DNA of 64,000 nt from Silicimonas sp. (GCA_022826385.1 JAJDUZ010000040.1:1706-65705), one strand, 5' to 3'; shown: positions 8,550-18,016, numbered from the stretch's first letter. Notes: generated by a model from the sequence alone, not told the origin. Translations and numbers: made by a program.

Positions 8550-10592
8550 TCAGGCCGAGAGCAGGGCGCGGGCTTCGGTCGCTTTCACGCAGACGCGGCT
8601 GGCGGGCCCGAACGCGCCAAGGTTGCTGCGCAATTCGGGGAAGAGGCGGAACACCTCGTCGCGTGCCGGGTCGCCCAGCGTGTCCAACCCGAAGCCACCG
8701 GGATAGAAGCTTTCGGAGGGCGCGCCATTGGCGATGACGATCTCGTGCGCGTCAAAAAGCATGTGATAATAGGTCACGACGCCGCCATAGGCGATGGTGA
8801 CGCCAAGATCGTCGACAAGGCTTTTGGCCGGGGCCAGAACTTCGCTTTCTCCGAAATGCAATTGCGTCAGGTAGCCGCCGCAAAGCATGCGGTGCTGCGG
8901 GCTGACCAACAGATCGCGGTGGTTGCCGACAGTGCCCCGCGTGAAGCGCACGGGCGCAAGCGCTCCGGTCGCGCGGACGGTTTTCTTGCCGATCCAGCGT
9001 ACCCGCTGCGGTCCGTTGTCCAGCGTCAGAACGAAATCGCCCGCCTTGATCGTTTCGATCCGACGCTCGCCGCTGGGCGTCTCGATGGCTGTGCCTTCGG
9101 TGAAACAGATGATCGTCTCGATTTCCGAGAAGCTGACGATCGTGCCATCGGTCAGGGTCGCCGTGCCGGAAAGGCCGTCATTGTCGTCGTCGGTATTCGT
9201 ATAGACGATCGACCCGGTGTCGAGCAGGCCGCCGAAGTCCAGCGTGTCGCCCGTGGTTTCGTCGTCTTCGCCGCCGACCACGGTGATTGTGCCGCCGCCC
9301 GTCAAGGCGCCTGCATCAATCAGGAACGTGTCATCGCCCGCCCCGCCAAGACCGATATCGTCCGCGCCCAGCGTCAACTGGTCATCACCAGCGCCACCGA
9401 TCAGGCTATCGCCGCCGTCGATATCGGGAATGGTCGTGAAGTGCAGGTCGGTCACATAGATGACCTGCGTGTTGGTGTTCAGGTTCGAATATTCGACGAA
9501 CACCTGCGTCACAGGCCCGGCAATTTCGATCAGCACCGATCCGGCGGCTTCGTCGGAATCGTCGTTGCCCGGACCGCCGGTGATCGTGTCGTTGTTGATC
9601 GTGTCGTTGCCCGCCGCCGTAAGCGTGACGGCCACCGGGTTGCCGTCTGCATCGAAGGCAGTCACCACGATCTGGTCCTGCCAGCTGCCGGTGTCGATGT
9701 CATTGATGCGGAACGAGAGGTCTTCGACCGCGTCGGTCATGCCGCTATTGTCGGCGGCGGCAAAGTCGAACCGAATGGTCGAGGTGGCGCCAAGCCCGGT
9801 GCCGGTCAGTTGCAGCGCCGAGCCCGAGGCAAAGGGTTCGCCCGTTTCGGTATATTGCGTTGCCGAGCTTTCGACCGAGGCGTCGGTTCCGCCGCCGTCA
9901 TCGGCATAGGTGAAGGTGACCTCCATCGTGCCGGTGTTCTGGATGAACCCGGCTTCAAGGTTGGTCTCGTCACCGCCCTGGTCGGTCCAGTTGAACGCCT
10001 CGCTTGTGGCCGCGACCGAGGTCTGGCCGCCGCCATCCAGCACGTCGTCGCCCGCGCCGCCGTCCAGTGTGTCGGTGCCGGTGCCGCCGGTGATCGTGTC
10101 GCCCCCGTCGCCGCCCGAGAGGGAATCGTCGCCGCGCCCGCCGCTGATGCTGTCGGCGCCGTCGCCCCCGAACACCGTGTCGTCGCCCGCACCCGCGGTG
10201 ATCGTGTCGGCGCCGGTGCCAGCCGGGTCGCGGTCTGCGCCGCCATAGATAAGGTCTTCGTCCTCGCTTCCGTCCAGCGCGGTATCGGTGCCCGAGGTAC
10301 CATAGATCGCGGCATCGAATGTCGGCGCGGTGCGGACCTCGATCGAGGAATAGGATGTCAGAAGATCAGGGTCGAAACCGGGATCGAAATAGAGGAAACC
10401 GTCGGTCCCGATGATGAAGGTACCGGAGCCGATCCCCTCGGCACCTGAATTCGTGCCATAGACGAAATCGAACACCGTGACACTGCCGGTGCCGACGGTT
10501 GTGGCGGTGTCGAAATAGACCTGAGGACCGGCGACGGCATCGCCAATGTCCAGCACTCCATCGATAAGAGTTACGCGGTACCCAACGGGCAT
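8550..10592 (-). CDS. RTX (hemolysin-type Ca-binding) repeat protein with a C-terminal Hint / bacterial intein-like domain
   Basis: GGxGxD nonapeptide runs at about residues 115-190 and 395-425 (GGADRDPAGTGADTITAGAGDDTVFGGDGADSISGGRGDDSLSGGDGGDTITGG…). The Hint module starts at Cys496 (CFTEGTAIETPSGERRIETIKAGDFVLT…LLVSPQHRML). There is no N-terminal signal peptide. Confidence 0.85.
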   Translation of the reverse strand: MPVGYRVTLIDGVLDIGDAVAGPQVYFDTATTVGTGSVTVFDFVYGTNSGAEGIGSGTFIIGTDGFLYFDPGFDPDLLTSYSSIEVRTAPTFDAAIYGTSGTDTALDGSEDEDLIYGGADRDPAGTGADTITAGAGDDTVFGGDGADSISGGRGDDSLSGGDGGDTITGGTGTDTLDGGAGDDVLDGGGQTSVAATSEAFNWTDQGGDETNLEAGFIQNTGTMEVTFTYADDGGGTDASVESSATQYTETGEPFASGSALQLTGTGLGATSTIRFDFAAADNSGMTDAVEDLSFRINDIDTGSWQDQIVVTAFDADGNPVAVTLTAAGNDTINNDTITGGPGNDDSDEAAGSVLIEIAGPVTQVFVEYSNLNTNTQVIYVTDLHFTTIPDIDGGDSLIGGAGDDQLTLGADDIGLGGAGDDTFLIDAGALTGGGTITVVGGEDDETTGDTLDFGGLLDTGSIVYTNTDDDNDGLSGTATLTDGTIVSFSEIETIICFTEGTAIETPSGERRIETIKAGDFVLTLDNGPQRVRWIGKKTVRATGALAPVRFTRGTVGNHRDLLVSPQHRMLCGGYLTQLHFGESEVLAPAKSLVDDLGVTIAYGGVVTYYHMLFDAHEIVIANGAPSESFYPGGFGLDTLGDPARDEVFRLFPELRSNLGAFGPASRVCVKATEARALLSA

Positions 10593-10796
10593 GGCAGACT
10601 ACTCAAGAACGGCGGATCACCGTTCTCCCCAAGGTTTATTCGTTGTGCTGAAACTTGGCAGCATCAGCATTCTTCCCTGCGGGGGTAAGTTTGCATTAAG
10701 GTTCGTTAACGCGCAAGCGATATGGTTAACTTGGAGGGCATCCGCAAGATATTGCGCATGTGATTGAATCTGTACAAAAAAGACGGCTTGCCGAAA

Positions 10797-11237
10797 ATGT
10801 CTTTGATCGAGTGGATCGATCTGCCCCCGTTCTGGCTTCTGGGGGCCCTTGTTTTGACATGGTTGGTGCCGGTTTCCTTGCCTTGGGGTAAGGCGATTCT
10901 TCCCGGTGTCCTGTGCCTTGGTGTGGCGGCTTTTCTGGTTCTTGCCGCGCTTGTCTCGTTCCGGCAGGCGCGCACCTCCGTCATCCCGCGGCAGGCGCCT
11001 GCCGCGTTGATCTCGGGCGGCATCTTTCGCCTGACGCGCAACCCGATCTATCTGGCCGACCTGCTGATCCTTCTCGGGTTCACACTGATCTGGGGGCACG
11101 CGCTGGGTCTTCTCCTGGTGCCCGCGCTGGCGGTTTTGCTGGACCGCCGCTTCATCTGTGGGGAAGAGGCACGGCTGCGCGCGGCGTTCGGCGAAGACTA
11201 CGACCGGTACGCCGCCGGAACCCGTCGCTGGCTGTGA
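10797..11237 (+). CDS. Isoprenylcysteine carboxyl / phospholipid methyltransferase-family membrane protein
   Basis: Four predicted TM helices and the family motif GIFRLTRNPIYLADLLILLG…EEARLRAAFGEDYDRY. ATG 10797 is preferred over the track's TTG 10764. Confidence 0.7.
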   Translation: MSLIEWIDLPPFWLLGALVLTWLVPVSLPWGKAILPGVLCLGVAAFLVLAALVSFRQARTSVIPRQAPAALISGGIFRLTRNPIYLADLLILLGFTLIWGHALGLLLVPALAVLLDRRFICGEEARLRAAFGEDYDRYAAGTRRWL

Positions 11238-11358
11238 CCCGGCGTCCCTTCAGTATACACAAGAATACATAGCAAAGCTGGCTTGTGTTACTTTCCACTG
11301 GTCGCTAACAGAGATCGTCTTAGATCAAGGCCAAACTTGAAGACGGGGGACAGCACCC

Positions 11359-12930
11359 ATGAAAATCGGAGCGCCGAAGGAATCTGCGGCGGACGAAGCA
11401 CGAGTGGCGATGACGCCGCAAAGTGCAAAAGACCTGGCGAAGCTGGGATATGAATGTCTGATTCAGAAGGGCGCCGGCGAAGCCGCCGGGTTCGACGACA
11501 AGGCCTATGAAGAGGCCGGCGTCAAAGTGGTGTCTGGTGCCGCGCTCTGGAAAGAGGCGGATGTGGTCGCCAAGGTGCGCCCGCCCACCGATGCAGAAGC
11601 CAAGAAGCTGTCCGATGGGCAGACGCTGATTTCGTTCTTCTACCCAGCGGCCAACGAAAAGCTGATGGAAACCGCCAAGGGCCAGGGCGCCAACGTGATC
11701 GCGATGGACATGGTGCCTCGGATCAGCCGGGCGCAGAAGATGGATGCGCTGTCTTCGATGGCCAATATCGCGGGCTATCGCGCGGTTATCGAGGCGGGCA
11801 ACAATTTTGGCCGGTTCTTCACCGGTCAGGTCACCGCCGCCGGCAAGGTGCCGCCCGCCAAGGTTCTGGTCGTCGGTGCAGGCGTCGCCGGTCTGGCCGC
11901 TGTCGGCACGGCCACGTCGCTGGGCGCGATCACCTATGCCTTCGACGTGCGTCCCGAAGTGGCCGAACAGATTGAATCGATGGGCGCCGAGTTCGTCTTC
12001 CTCGATTTCGAGGAAGACCAGCAGGACGGCTCGGCCACGGGCGGCTACGCGGCGGTCTCCTCGCCCGAGTTCGCGGCGGCACAGTTGGCCAAGTTCCGCG
12101 AGATCGCGCCCGAGATGGACATCGTCATCACCACGGCGCTGATCCCGAACCGCGACGCGCCGGTGCTCTGGACCAAGGACATGGTCGAGATGATGAAGCC
12201 GGGCTCGGTGATCGTCGACCTCGCCGCCGAGCGTGGCGGCAACTGCGAACTGACCGTGAAGGACGAGAAAATCGTGACACCGAATGGGGTTACGATCGTC
12301 GGTTACACCGACTTCCCGTCGCGCATGGCCACGCAATCCTCGCTGCTCTATTCGACCAATATCCGTCACATGATGACCGACCTGACGCCCGAGAAAGACG
12401 GGCAGGTCGTGCACAACATGGAAGACGACGTGATCCGTGGCGCCACCGTGACCTATCAGGGCGAGATCACCTATCCGCCCCCGCCGCCCAAGGTGCAGGC
12501 GATCGCGGCGCAGCCGAAGAAAGAGCCGCCGAAAGAACTGACGCCGGAAGAAAAGCGGGCCGCGGAAGCGGCAGCCTTCCGCAAGGAAACCATGACGCAG
12601 GTCGGGCTTCTGGGCATCGGTGGGGCATTGATCCTGGCCGTTGGTCTGATTGCGCCCGCCAGCTTCATGCAGCACTTCATCGTGTTCGTCCTGTCGGTCT
12701 TCGTCGGCTTCCAGGTGATCTGGAACGTCTCGCATTCGTTGCACACGCCACTAATGGCGGTGACGAACGCGATCTCGTCGATCATCATTCTGGGCGCGCT
12801 CATGCAGATCGGGTCCAACAGCGCCTTGATCACGGTGCTTGCGGCCTTGGGTATCCTGATGGCCGCGGTGAACATCTTCGGGGGCTTCCTGGTCACCCGG
12901 CGCATGCTCGCCATGTTCCAGAAGTCGTAA
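11359..12930 (+). CDS. pntA: NAD(P) transhydrogenase subunit alpha
   Basis: Alanine-dehydrogenase-like dI domain (VLVVGAGVAGLAA) plus a C-terminal TM bundle. Followed directly by pntB. Confidence 0.93.
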   Translation: MKIGAPKESAADEARVAMTPQSAKDLAKLGYECLIQKGAGEAAGFDDKAYEEAGVKVVSGAALWKEADVVAKVRPPTDAEAKKLSDGQTLISFFYPAANEKLMETAKGQGANVIAMDMVPRISRAQKMDALSSMANIAGYRAVIEAGNNFGRFFTGQVTAAGKVPPAKVLVVGAGVAGLAAVGTATSLGAITYAFDVRPEVAEQIESMGAEFVFLDFEEDQQDGSATGGYAAVSSPEFAAAQLAKFREIAPEMDIVITTALIPNRDAPVLWTKDMVEMMKPGSVIVDLAAERGGNCELTVKDEKIVTPNGVTIVGYTDFPSRMATQSSLLYSTNIRHMMTDLTPEKDGQVVHNMEDDVIRGATVTYQGEITYPPPPPKVQAIAAQPKKEPPKELTPEEKRAAEAAAFRKETMTQVGLLGIGGALILAVGLIAPASFMQHFIVFVLSVFVGFQVIWNVSHSLHTPLMAVTNAISSIIILGALMQIGSNSALITVLAALGILMAAVNIFGGFLVTRRMLAMFQKS

Positions 12931-12945
12931 GAAGGGGCAGGGGAA

Positions 12946-14463
12946 ATGGATTTCGGATTTACCACTGCCGCCTATGTTGTTGCGGCTGTTCTCTTCATCT
13001 TCTCGCTGGGTGGCCTTTCGGGGCAGGAAAGCGCGAAACGGGCTGTCTGGTATGGCATCGTCGGCATGGCCATCGCCGTGCTGGCGACCCTGATCGGACC
13101 GGGCGCCGGCCTCTGGCTGATGTCACTGATCCTGATCGCGATGGGCGCGGGCGTCGGCTATCAACTGGCCACCAAGGTCGAGATGACCCAGATGCCCGAG
13201 CTTGTGGCGATCATGCACTCGCTCGTTGGTCTCGCGGCTGTCTTCGTGGGCTTCAACGCCGACATCATGATCAACGCGGTTTCGGCGCTTTACGCGGACA
13301 ATGGCGGGGTGCTGGGCGCGGTGATGGACGACGGCTATACCGCCATCGGCCTGCCGAAAGAGGTGCACGAGACGCTCTCGACCTTCGGTCAGCTGGTCGC
13401 CAAGAAGTCGGGCGTTGAAATCGGCATCCTCCGTGTCGAGTTGGCCCTGGGCATCTGGATCGGTGCGGTGACCTTCACCGGGTCGGTCGTGGCCTATGGC
13501 AAGCTTTCGGGCAGTTCCTCGAAGCTGCCGTTCCAGATCGACACCGGCGCCAAGCAATTGCCGGGCGGTCACCTGCTGAACGCAGGCGCGGCGGCGTTCT
13601 CGGTGCTGATGCTGATCATGTATCTCTCGGGCTCGGGGTCGTGGACGCTGATCCTGCTGACGCTGGCCGCGCTCTTCATCGGCTATCACCTGATCATGGG
13701 CATCGGCGGCGCCGATATGCCGGTCGTGGTGTCGATGCTGAACAGCTATTCCGGCTGGGCGGCAGCGGCCATCGGCTTCAGCCTTGGCAATGATCTTCTG
13801 ATCGTCGTCGGTGCGCTGGTCGGCTCGTCGGGTGCGATCCTGTCCTATATCATGTGCAAGGCGATGAACCGCTCGTTCATCAGCGTGATCCTGGGCGGCT
13901 TCGGCGGCGCCTCGGGCGAGCAGATGGCCGTCGAGGGCGAGCAGGTGGCGATTGACGCCGACGGCGTCGCAGCCGCGCTGCAAGAGGCTGACAGCATCGT
14001 CATCGTGCCGGGCTATGGCATGGCGGTGGCGCAGGCGCAGACCGCGGTCGCCGAACTGACGCGCAAGATGCGTGCGGCCGGCAAGACCGTGCGCTTCGCG
14101 ATCCACCCGGTTGCGGGCCGTCTGCCGGGGCACATGAACGTGCTTCTGGCAGAAGCCAAGGTGCCGTATGACATCGTGCTTGAGATGGACGAGATCAATG
14201 ACGACTTCCCGGACACGGATGTCGTGATCGTCATCGGCTCGAATGATATCGTGAACCCGGCGGCGCAGGACGATCCGAACTCGCCCATCGCCGGGATGCC
14301 GGTGTTGGAGGTCTGGAAAGCCAAGCAGGTCTTCGTCTCGAAGCGGGGGCAGGGCACGGGCTATTCCGGCATCGAGAACCCGCTCTTCTACAAGGAAAAC
14401 ACGCGGATGTTCTATGGCGATGCCAAGGCCTCGGTCGACAGCCTGTTGCCGAAGCTCGACTGA
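12946..14463 (+). CDS. pntB: NAD(P) transhydrogenase subunit beta
   Basis: N-terminal polytopic domain and C-terminal dIII NADP(H) domain (…[12 protein letters not shown]…[19 protein letters not shown]…). Confidence 0.93.
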   Translation: MDFGFTTAAYVVAAVLFIFSLGGLSGQESAKRAVWYGIVGMAIAVLATLIGPGAGLWLMSLILIAMGAGVGYQLATKVEMTQMPELVAIMHSLVGLAAVFVGFNADIMINAVSALYADNGGVLGAVMDDGYTAIGLPKEVHETLSTFGQLVAKKSGVEIGILRVELALGIWIGAVTFTGSVVAYGKLSGSSSKLPFQIDTGAKQLPGGHLLNAGAAAFSVLMLIMYLSGSGSWTLILLTLAALFIGYHLIMGIGGADMPVVVSMLNSYSGWAAAAIGFSLGNDLLIVVGALVGSSGAILSYIMCKAMNRSFISVILGGFGGASGEQMAVEGEQVAIDADGVAAALQEADSIVIVPGYGMAVAQAQTAVAELTRKMRAAGKTVRFAIHPVAGRLPGHMNVLLAEAKVPYDIVLEMDEINDDFPDTDVVIVIGSNDIVNPAAQDDPNSPIAGMPVLEVWKAKQVFVSKRGQGTGYSGIENPLFYKENTRMFYGDAKASVDSLLPKLD

Positions 14464-14486
14464 GCCTGATCTGAACGATTTGAAAA

Positions 14487-14512
14487 GGCCCGCCGCGTGC
14501 GGGCCTTTTTCG
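14487..14512 (+). terminator. Rho-independent terminator after pntB
   Basis: GGCCCGC-CGCGT-GCGGGCC followed by TTTTTCG. Confidence 0.75.
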
Positions 14513-14722
14513 TTTCACCACCCCGCATCGAAACCGACAGCCGCAAACGCGTGTCCCAACGCAACCAACCATTAAGGTTAACGCGCCCCGCTCCCCTTCA
14601 TCTCTTCAAAAATACGCACGATCCCGCCGCAACCAGATGGAGAGACGGTTAACAAGGGCTCACCCTTGAAATGCAGCCAAACCGGACGATGTTCACCCGA
14701 ACCGCCGGAAAGGACCGCGCCC

Positions 14723-15226
14723 ATGAAATCACTTGTCTTCCTCTCAGCGCTTGTCGTCGCAACGACCGCCAAGGCCGAGATCACCGCCACCTTCATCGAA
14801 GGCGCGCCCAAGGATCGCTTCGTTCTGTCCAGCGACAGCGGGATTTGCGCCGATACGCCGATTTCGGTCACGGTCGACCTGACAGGCTCGGCTGGCAAGC
14901 TGATCTTCGATGTCAGCGAAACGGGCGCCGGGGTCGAGGTCTTCCAGCCGTTCGAACTGGTGGCTGGCGGTGATCGCGTGACCGGCGCTTCCCGCGTCTC
15001 GGACGGCGACAAACGTTTGACGCTGGCGCTGAACGGGTTGCCGAAAGGGGCCGACGTGGCCTTTACCATCGATGTCGATGACACGATCGGCGCGCGCGAG
15101 ATCACCGTGACCGATGCCGAGATCGAGGGCGCCGTCCTGCGCGTGCGCTCGGGCGACCGGATGGCCGAAGCCCGGTTCGAGAGCGATGCCGTCGCCACGC
15201 TTGACTGGAGCGATTGCGCCTCCTGA
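14723..15226 (+). CDS. Exported hypothetical protein (167 aa)
   Basis: Signal peptide MKSLVFLSALVVATTAKA. Acidic beta-rich sequence with one Cys near each end. No family recognised. Confidence 0.6.
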   Translation: MKSLVFLSALVVATTAKAEITATFIEGAPKDRFVLSSDSGICADTPISVTVDLTGSAGKLIFDVSETGAGVEVFQPFELVAGGDRVTGASRVSDGDKRLTLALNGLPKGADVAFTIDVDDTIGAREITVTDAEIEGAVLRVRSGDRMAEARFESDAVATLDWSDCAS

Positions 15227-15250
15227 CGCGCAGTCTGCGCAAAACGACAA

Positions 15251-15274
15251 CGGCCCGCCTGATCAGGCGGGCCG
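15251..15274. terminator. Bidirectional hairpin between convergent genes
   Basis: CGGCCCGCC-TGATCA-GGCGGGCCG, followed by TTTCATTTT on the + strand. Confidence 0.7.
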
Positions 15275-15297
15275 TTTCATTTTAGAAGGGCAGTTGC

Positions 15298-16899
15298 TTA
15301 GAAGACGCTCTTGATCTCGAAGCCGACGCTGTCGCGGGCGCTGCCGCCGATGGTTTCGTGGCTGAGCCGCAAGGACAGGTCATGCAGACCGTTCCCGGCG
15401 CTTGCCGACCACTCCAGCGCAAGACCCCCGCCACACTCTTCGCGGGTCTCCATGGCGTCCTGATACTCGCAGGTCATGCTTGGCGTGACCCAAAACTCGT
15501 TCGTGTCAAAACGCGTGCCCGATGTGCCAAGCGCGAAGACGAAGTCAGGCTCGAAGCTCATCCGGCCAAGGGTCACGCCACCGGCGTCAACGATGTCGGA
15601 TGTTCCGCCCGACAGGTCGACATTGCCAATCGCGGTATGACCGACCGACAGGTTGACCTCGGGGCGCAGTTCGAAGGTCTCAAACTCGCGCGACCCCGAC
15701 AGGGCGACGCCAAGCAGGACGGATGTCGTGTTGTAGTCGCCCGAGATCTCGTCGCTGCCATCCCGAATATCCAGGTTGTTGCGTCCGGCACCGACGGACA
15801 CGAAGCCGTCCCAGGTCAGCGTGTCAGTCAGTTTGTCGACGACATAGGCCCCAGCCGAGACGCCAAAGCCGCTGCGGTCGCCGCCCACCACGTCTTCGAT
15901 GTGGCTGTGGTTGAGGTTAAAGCCCAGGAACAGGCCGACCAGACGATCGTCGATCATCTTCTCGCGGGCATAGCGGGCGCTGAATACGGCCGCGACATCG
16001 CCACCTTCATAGCGGGTGACGTCGAAATCGCCGAAGTAGAGGGTGCGGGTGTTACCGGCATCCCAACTGCCGAAGAAGTCGCCAGCAACCTTCGACGAAG
16101 CCGAGTTGGCGCTCACAGTGCTGTTGAACTGCAGCGGGGCAGACTTCCGGCCAGCGTCGTCGGCGCAGGTGGCCAACGTGTCTTCGGCAACGCCATCCTC
16201 GCGCAGTTCACGGCAGCGCAGGGCCGTCGCGTGGCGGGCGCGGGCGTCGCGGTTGGCGCGCTGGTTGACACCCATCTCGGTCCGCAAGGCGCGTGCGGCT
16301 TCTTCGGTCACGATATGGGCGATACGGCCTTCTTGCGTGGCGAGCATCGGAATCGTCGCGGACACGGGCAGGCTGCGGGACAGTACGGTCGTGGCCGGAA
16401 ATGCCATCGATCCGGCACCGGGAGGTTGATACCGCAGGCGCAGCCGCTGACGACCGCCCCACTCATAGTGTTCCAGCAGGATCGGGTACCAGGTGCCGGC
16501 CACAAGATCGATCGTGCCGGTTCGGTTCCGTGCCCCGTGCAATCCATAGTCGTTCACCACCAGCGAGCCGTCGACATAAAGACGTACGCCATCGTCACCA
16601 CGGGTTTCGAACGTGTACGTGCCCGAGGTTTCCGCGAAGATGTAACCCTCGACCCGAACGCTGAAATAGTTGCCACGCCCACCGGGGTTGAGGTTGGTCT
16701 GGTCGATGATGGTGACGGGCCCCGAGGTGATGGGAGTGCCCGTAAAATCCGTGCTGGGATAGGTGGTCATCAAGAGGTCGCCTGTCCCCTGCGCTTTCAC
16801 CTGTTCGGCGGCGACAAGCACCAGAAAGGCGGAAAAGACTGCGGCAAGGACCGACAGCAAAGAACGATTACGAACGACGAGAGATTTAAGATTCTGCAT
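15298..16899 (-). CDS. Autotransporter-type outer-membrane protein with a PA14 passenger domain
   Basis: Signal peptide, then PA14-like FSVRVEGYIFAETSGTYTFETRGDDGVRLYVDGSLVVNDYG…YPILLEHYEWGG. C-terminal ~280 aa have alternating beta-strand character and end in …GFEIKSVF (terminal aromatic residue). Confidence 0.75.
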   Translation of the reverse strand: MQNLKSLVVRNRSLLSVLAAVFSAFLVLVAAEQVKAQGTGDLLMTTYPSTDFTGTPITSGPVTIIDQTNLNPGGRGNYFSVRVEGYIFAETSGTYTFETRGDDGVRLYVDGSLVVNDYGLHGARNRTGTIDLVAGTWYPILLEHYEWGGRQRLRLRYQPPGAGSMAFPATTVLSRSLPVSATIPMLATQEGRIAHIVTEEAARALRTEMGVNQRANRDARARHATALRCRELREDGVAEDTLATCADDAGRKSAPLQFNSTVSANSASSKVAGDFFGSWDAGNTRTLYFGDFDVTRYEGGDVAAVFSARYAREKMIDDRLVGLFLGFNLNHSHIEDVVGGDRSGFGVSAGAYVVDKLTDTLTWDGFVSVGAGRNNLDIRDGSDEISGDYNTTSVLLGVALSGSREFETFELRPEVNLSVGHTAIGNVDLSGGTSDIVDAGGVTLGRMSFEPDFVFALGTSGTRFDTNEFWVTPSMTCEYQDAMETREECGGGLALEWSASAGNGLHDLSLRLSHETIGGSARDSVGFEIKSVF

Positions 16900-17040
16900 G
16901 ACTTCACTCGTTACAAAAACACTGCTTCGAGTGTCGTTTACCTAAACGTTATGTTAACAATCGGGCAGGAAACGGGCGATTTGTGTCGTGCAATACATGT
17001 GACTGTACGGCCACGGTGCGCCGCATACGGGCCGTTTGGC

Positions 17041-17583
17041 TCAGGCGTCGCGCCATGCGCCCGGAGCGAGCCCGTCTAGCGACCACTGGCCCACCCGCCA
17101 GCGCACCAGACGCAGACAGGGAAAGCCGATGGCCGCGCACATGCGGCGCACTTGCCGGTTGCGGCCTTCGGTCAGAGTGAGTTCCAGCCACGCATCGGGG
17201 ACGGTCTTCCGCACCCGCACCGGCGGATCGCGCGGCCAGAGGTCGGGCGGCGCGATCAGGCGCGCTTTCGCGGGCCGGGTCGGGCCATCTTTTAACACCA
17301 GACCTTCTTCCAGCGGCATCAGGTCTACAGGCGTCGGCGCGCCCTCGACCTGCACCAGATAGGTTTTCTCGGTCCGCGCCTTGGGCGAGGCGATCCGGGC
17401 TTGCACCTTGCCATTGTTTGTCAACACCAGCAGCCCTTCACTGTCCCGATCCAGCCGTCCGGCGGCGTAAACCCCTTTCGGCAGTCCGAAGCCCGAGAGC
17501 GTCGGGCGGGGCGAGGGGCTTTTGGCGTCGGTGAATTGCGGCAGCACGCCCATCGGCTTGTTGAAGAGGATCACGCGGGTCAT
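17041..17583 (-). CDS. rluE: 23S rRNA pseudouridine synthase E
   Basis: [17 protein letters not shown]…[22 protein letters not shown]…[10 protein letters not shown] closely follows the E. coli RluE sequence as I remember it. Confidence 0.88.
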   Translation of the reverse strand: MTRVILFNKPMGVLPQFTDAKSPSPRPTLSGFGLPKGVYAAGRLDRDSEGLLVLTNNGKVQARIASPKARTEKTYLVQVEGAPTPVDLMPLEEGLVLKDGPTRPAKARLIAPPDLWPRDPPVRVRKTVPDAWLELTLTEGRNRQVRRMCAAIGFPCLRLVRWRVGQWSLDGLAPGAWRDA

Positions 17584-17584
17584 G

Positions 17585-17630
17585 GCAGAATATGACGCAT
17601 ATTCTGCACCGATTTTCGATCCGAAAATCG
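17585..17630. promoter_or_regulatory. Two adjacent perfect palindromes in the rluE / small-ORF divergent region
   Basis: GCAGAATATG-ACG-CATATTCTGC (17585..17607) and CGATTTTCG-ATC-CGAAAATCG (17610..17630). The first begins 2 nt from the rluE ATG. Confidence 0.4.
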
Positions 17631-17699
17631 TTTCCCGACAGAAACCCGGTGCGTCTGCGTTCTAAGTCCGAGATGTGCACCAACAGAAGGACTTGACCC

Positions 17700-17987
17700 A
17701 TGATGAAGACCCATATCCTTGCCGTTGCCGTGCTGACGACACTTCCGGTGGCGGGAACCGCACAGGCTTTGATGCCGCTGGAGCGGCTCGACCGGATCGA
17801 AGATCGGATCGACCGTCGGGAAAGCCGCATTGACCGGGCCGTCGATCTTGGTCCGCGCGATGTGATCGAAGACCGGATCGATGCCGTCGAATCCCGGCGC
17901 GACCGACTTGGCATTGACGGGCCGAGCCGCATCGACCGGCACGAGCGCCGCAGTTGGCGTCGCCTTTGGGGCCAGAATAACCAGTAA
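17700..17987 (+). CDS. Small exported, highly charged repeat protein (95 aa)
   Basis: Signal peptide MMKTHILAVAVLTTLPVAGTAQA, then iterated (D/E)RI(D/E)-R motifs (DRIEDRIDRRESRIDR…EDRIDAVESRRDR…SRIDRHERR). Confidence 0.5.
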   Translation: MMKTHILAVAVLTTLPVAGTAQALMPLERLDRIEDRIDRRESRIDRAVDLGPRDVIEDRIDAVESRRDRLGIDGPSRIDRHERRSWRRLWGQNNQ

Positions 17988-18016
17988 CCTCTGTTCAGAA
18001 AGGCCGGGGCGCTGGA

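Noticed and set aside
10696-10710. TTAAGGTTCGTTAAC upstream of the Hint/RTX gene as a canonical CtrA box
   Set aside because: On counting, the spacer is 6 nt, not 7 (15 nt in total), so it does not fit TTAA-N7-TTAAC. It is retained only as part of the shared 17-nt element finding.
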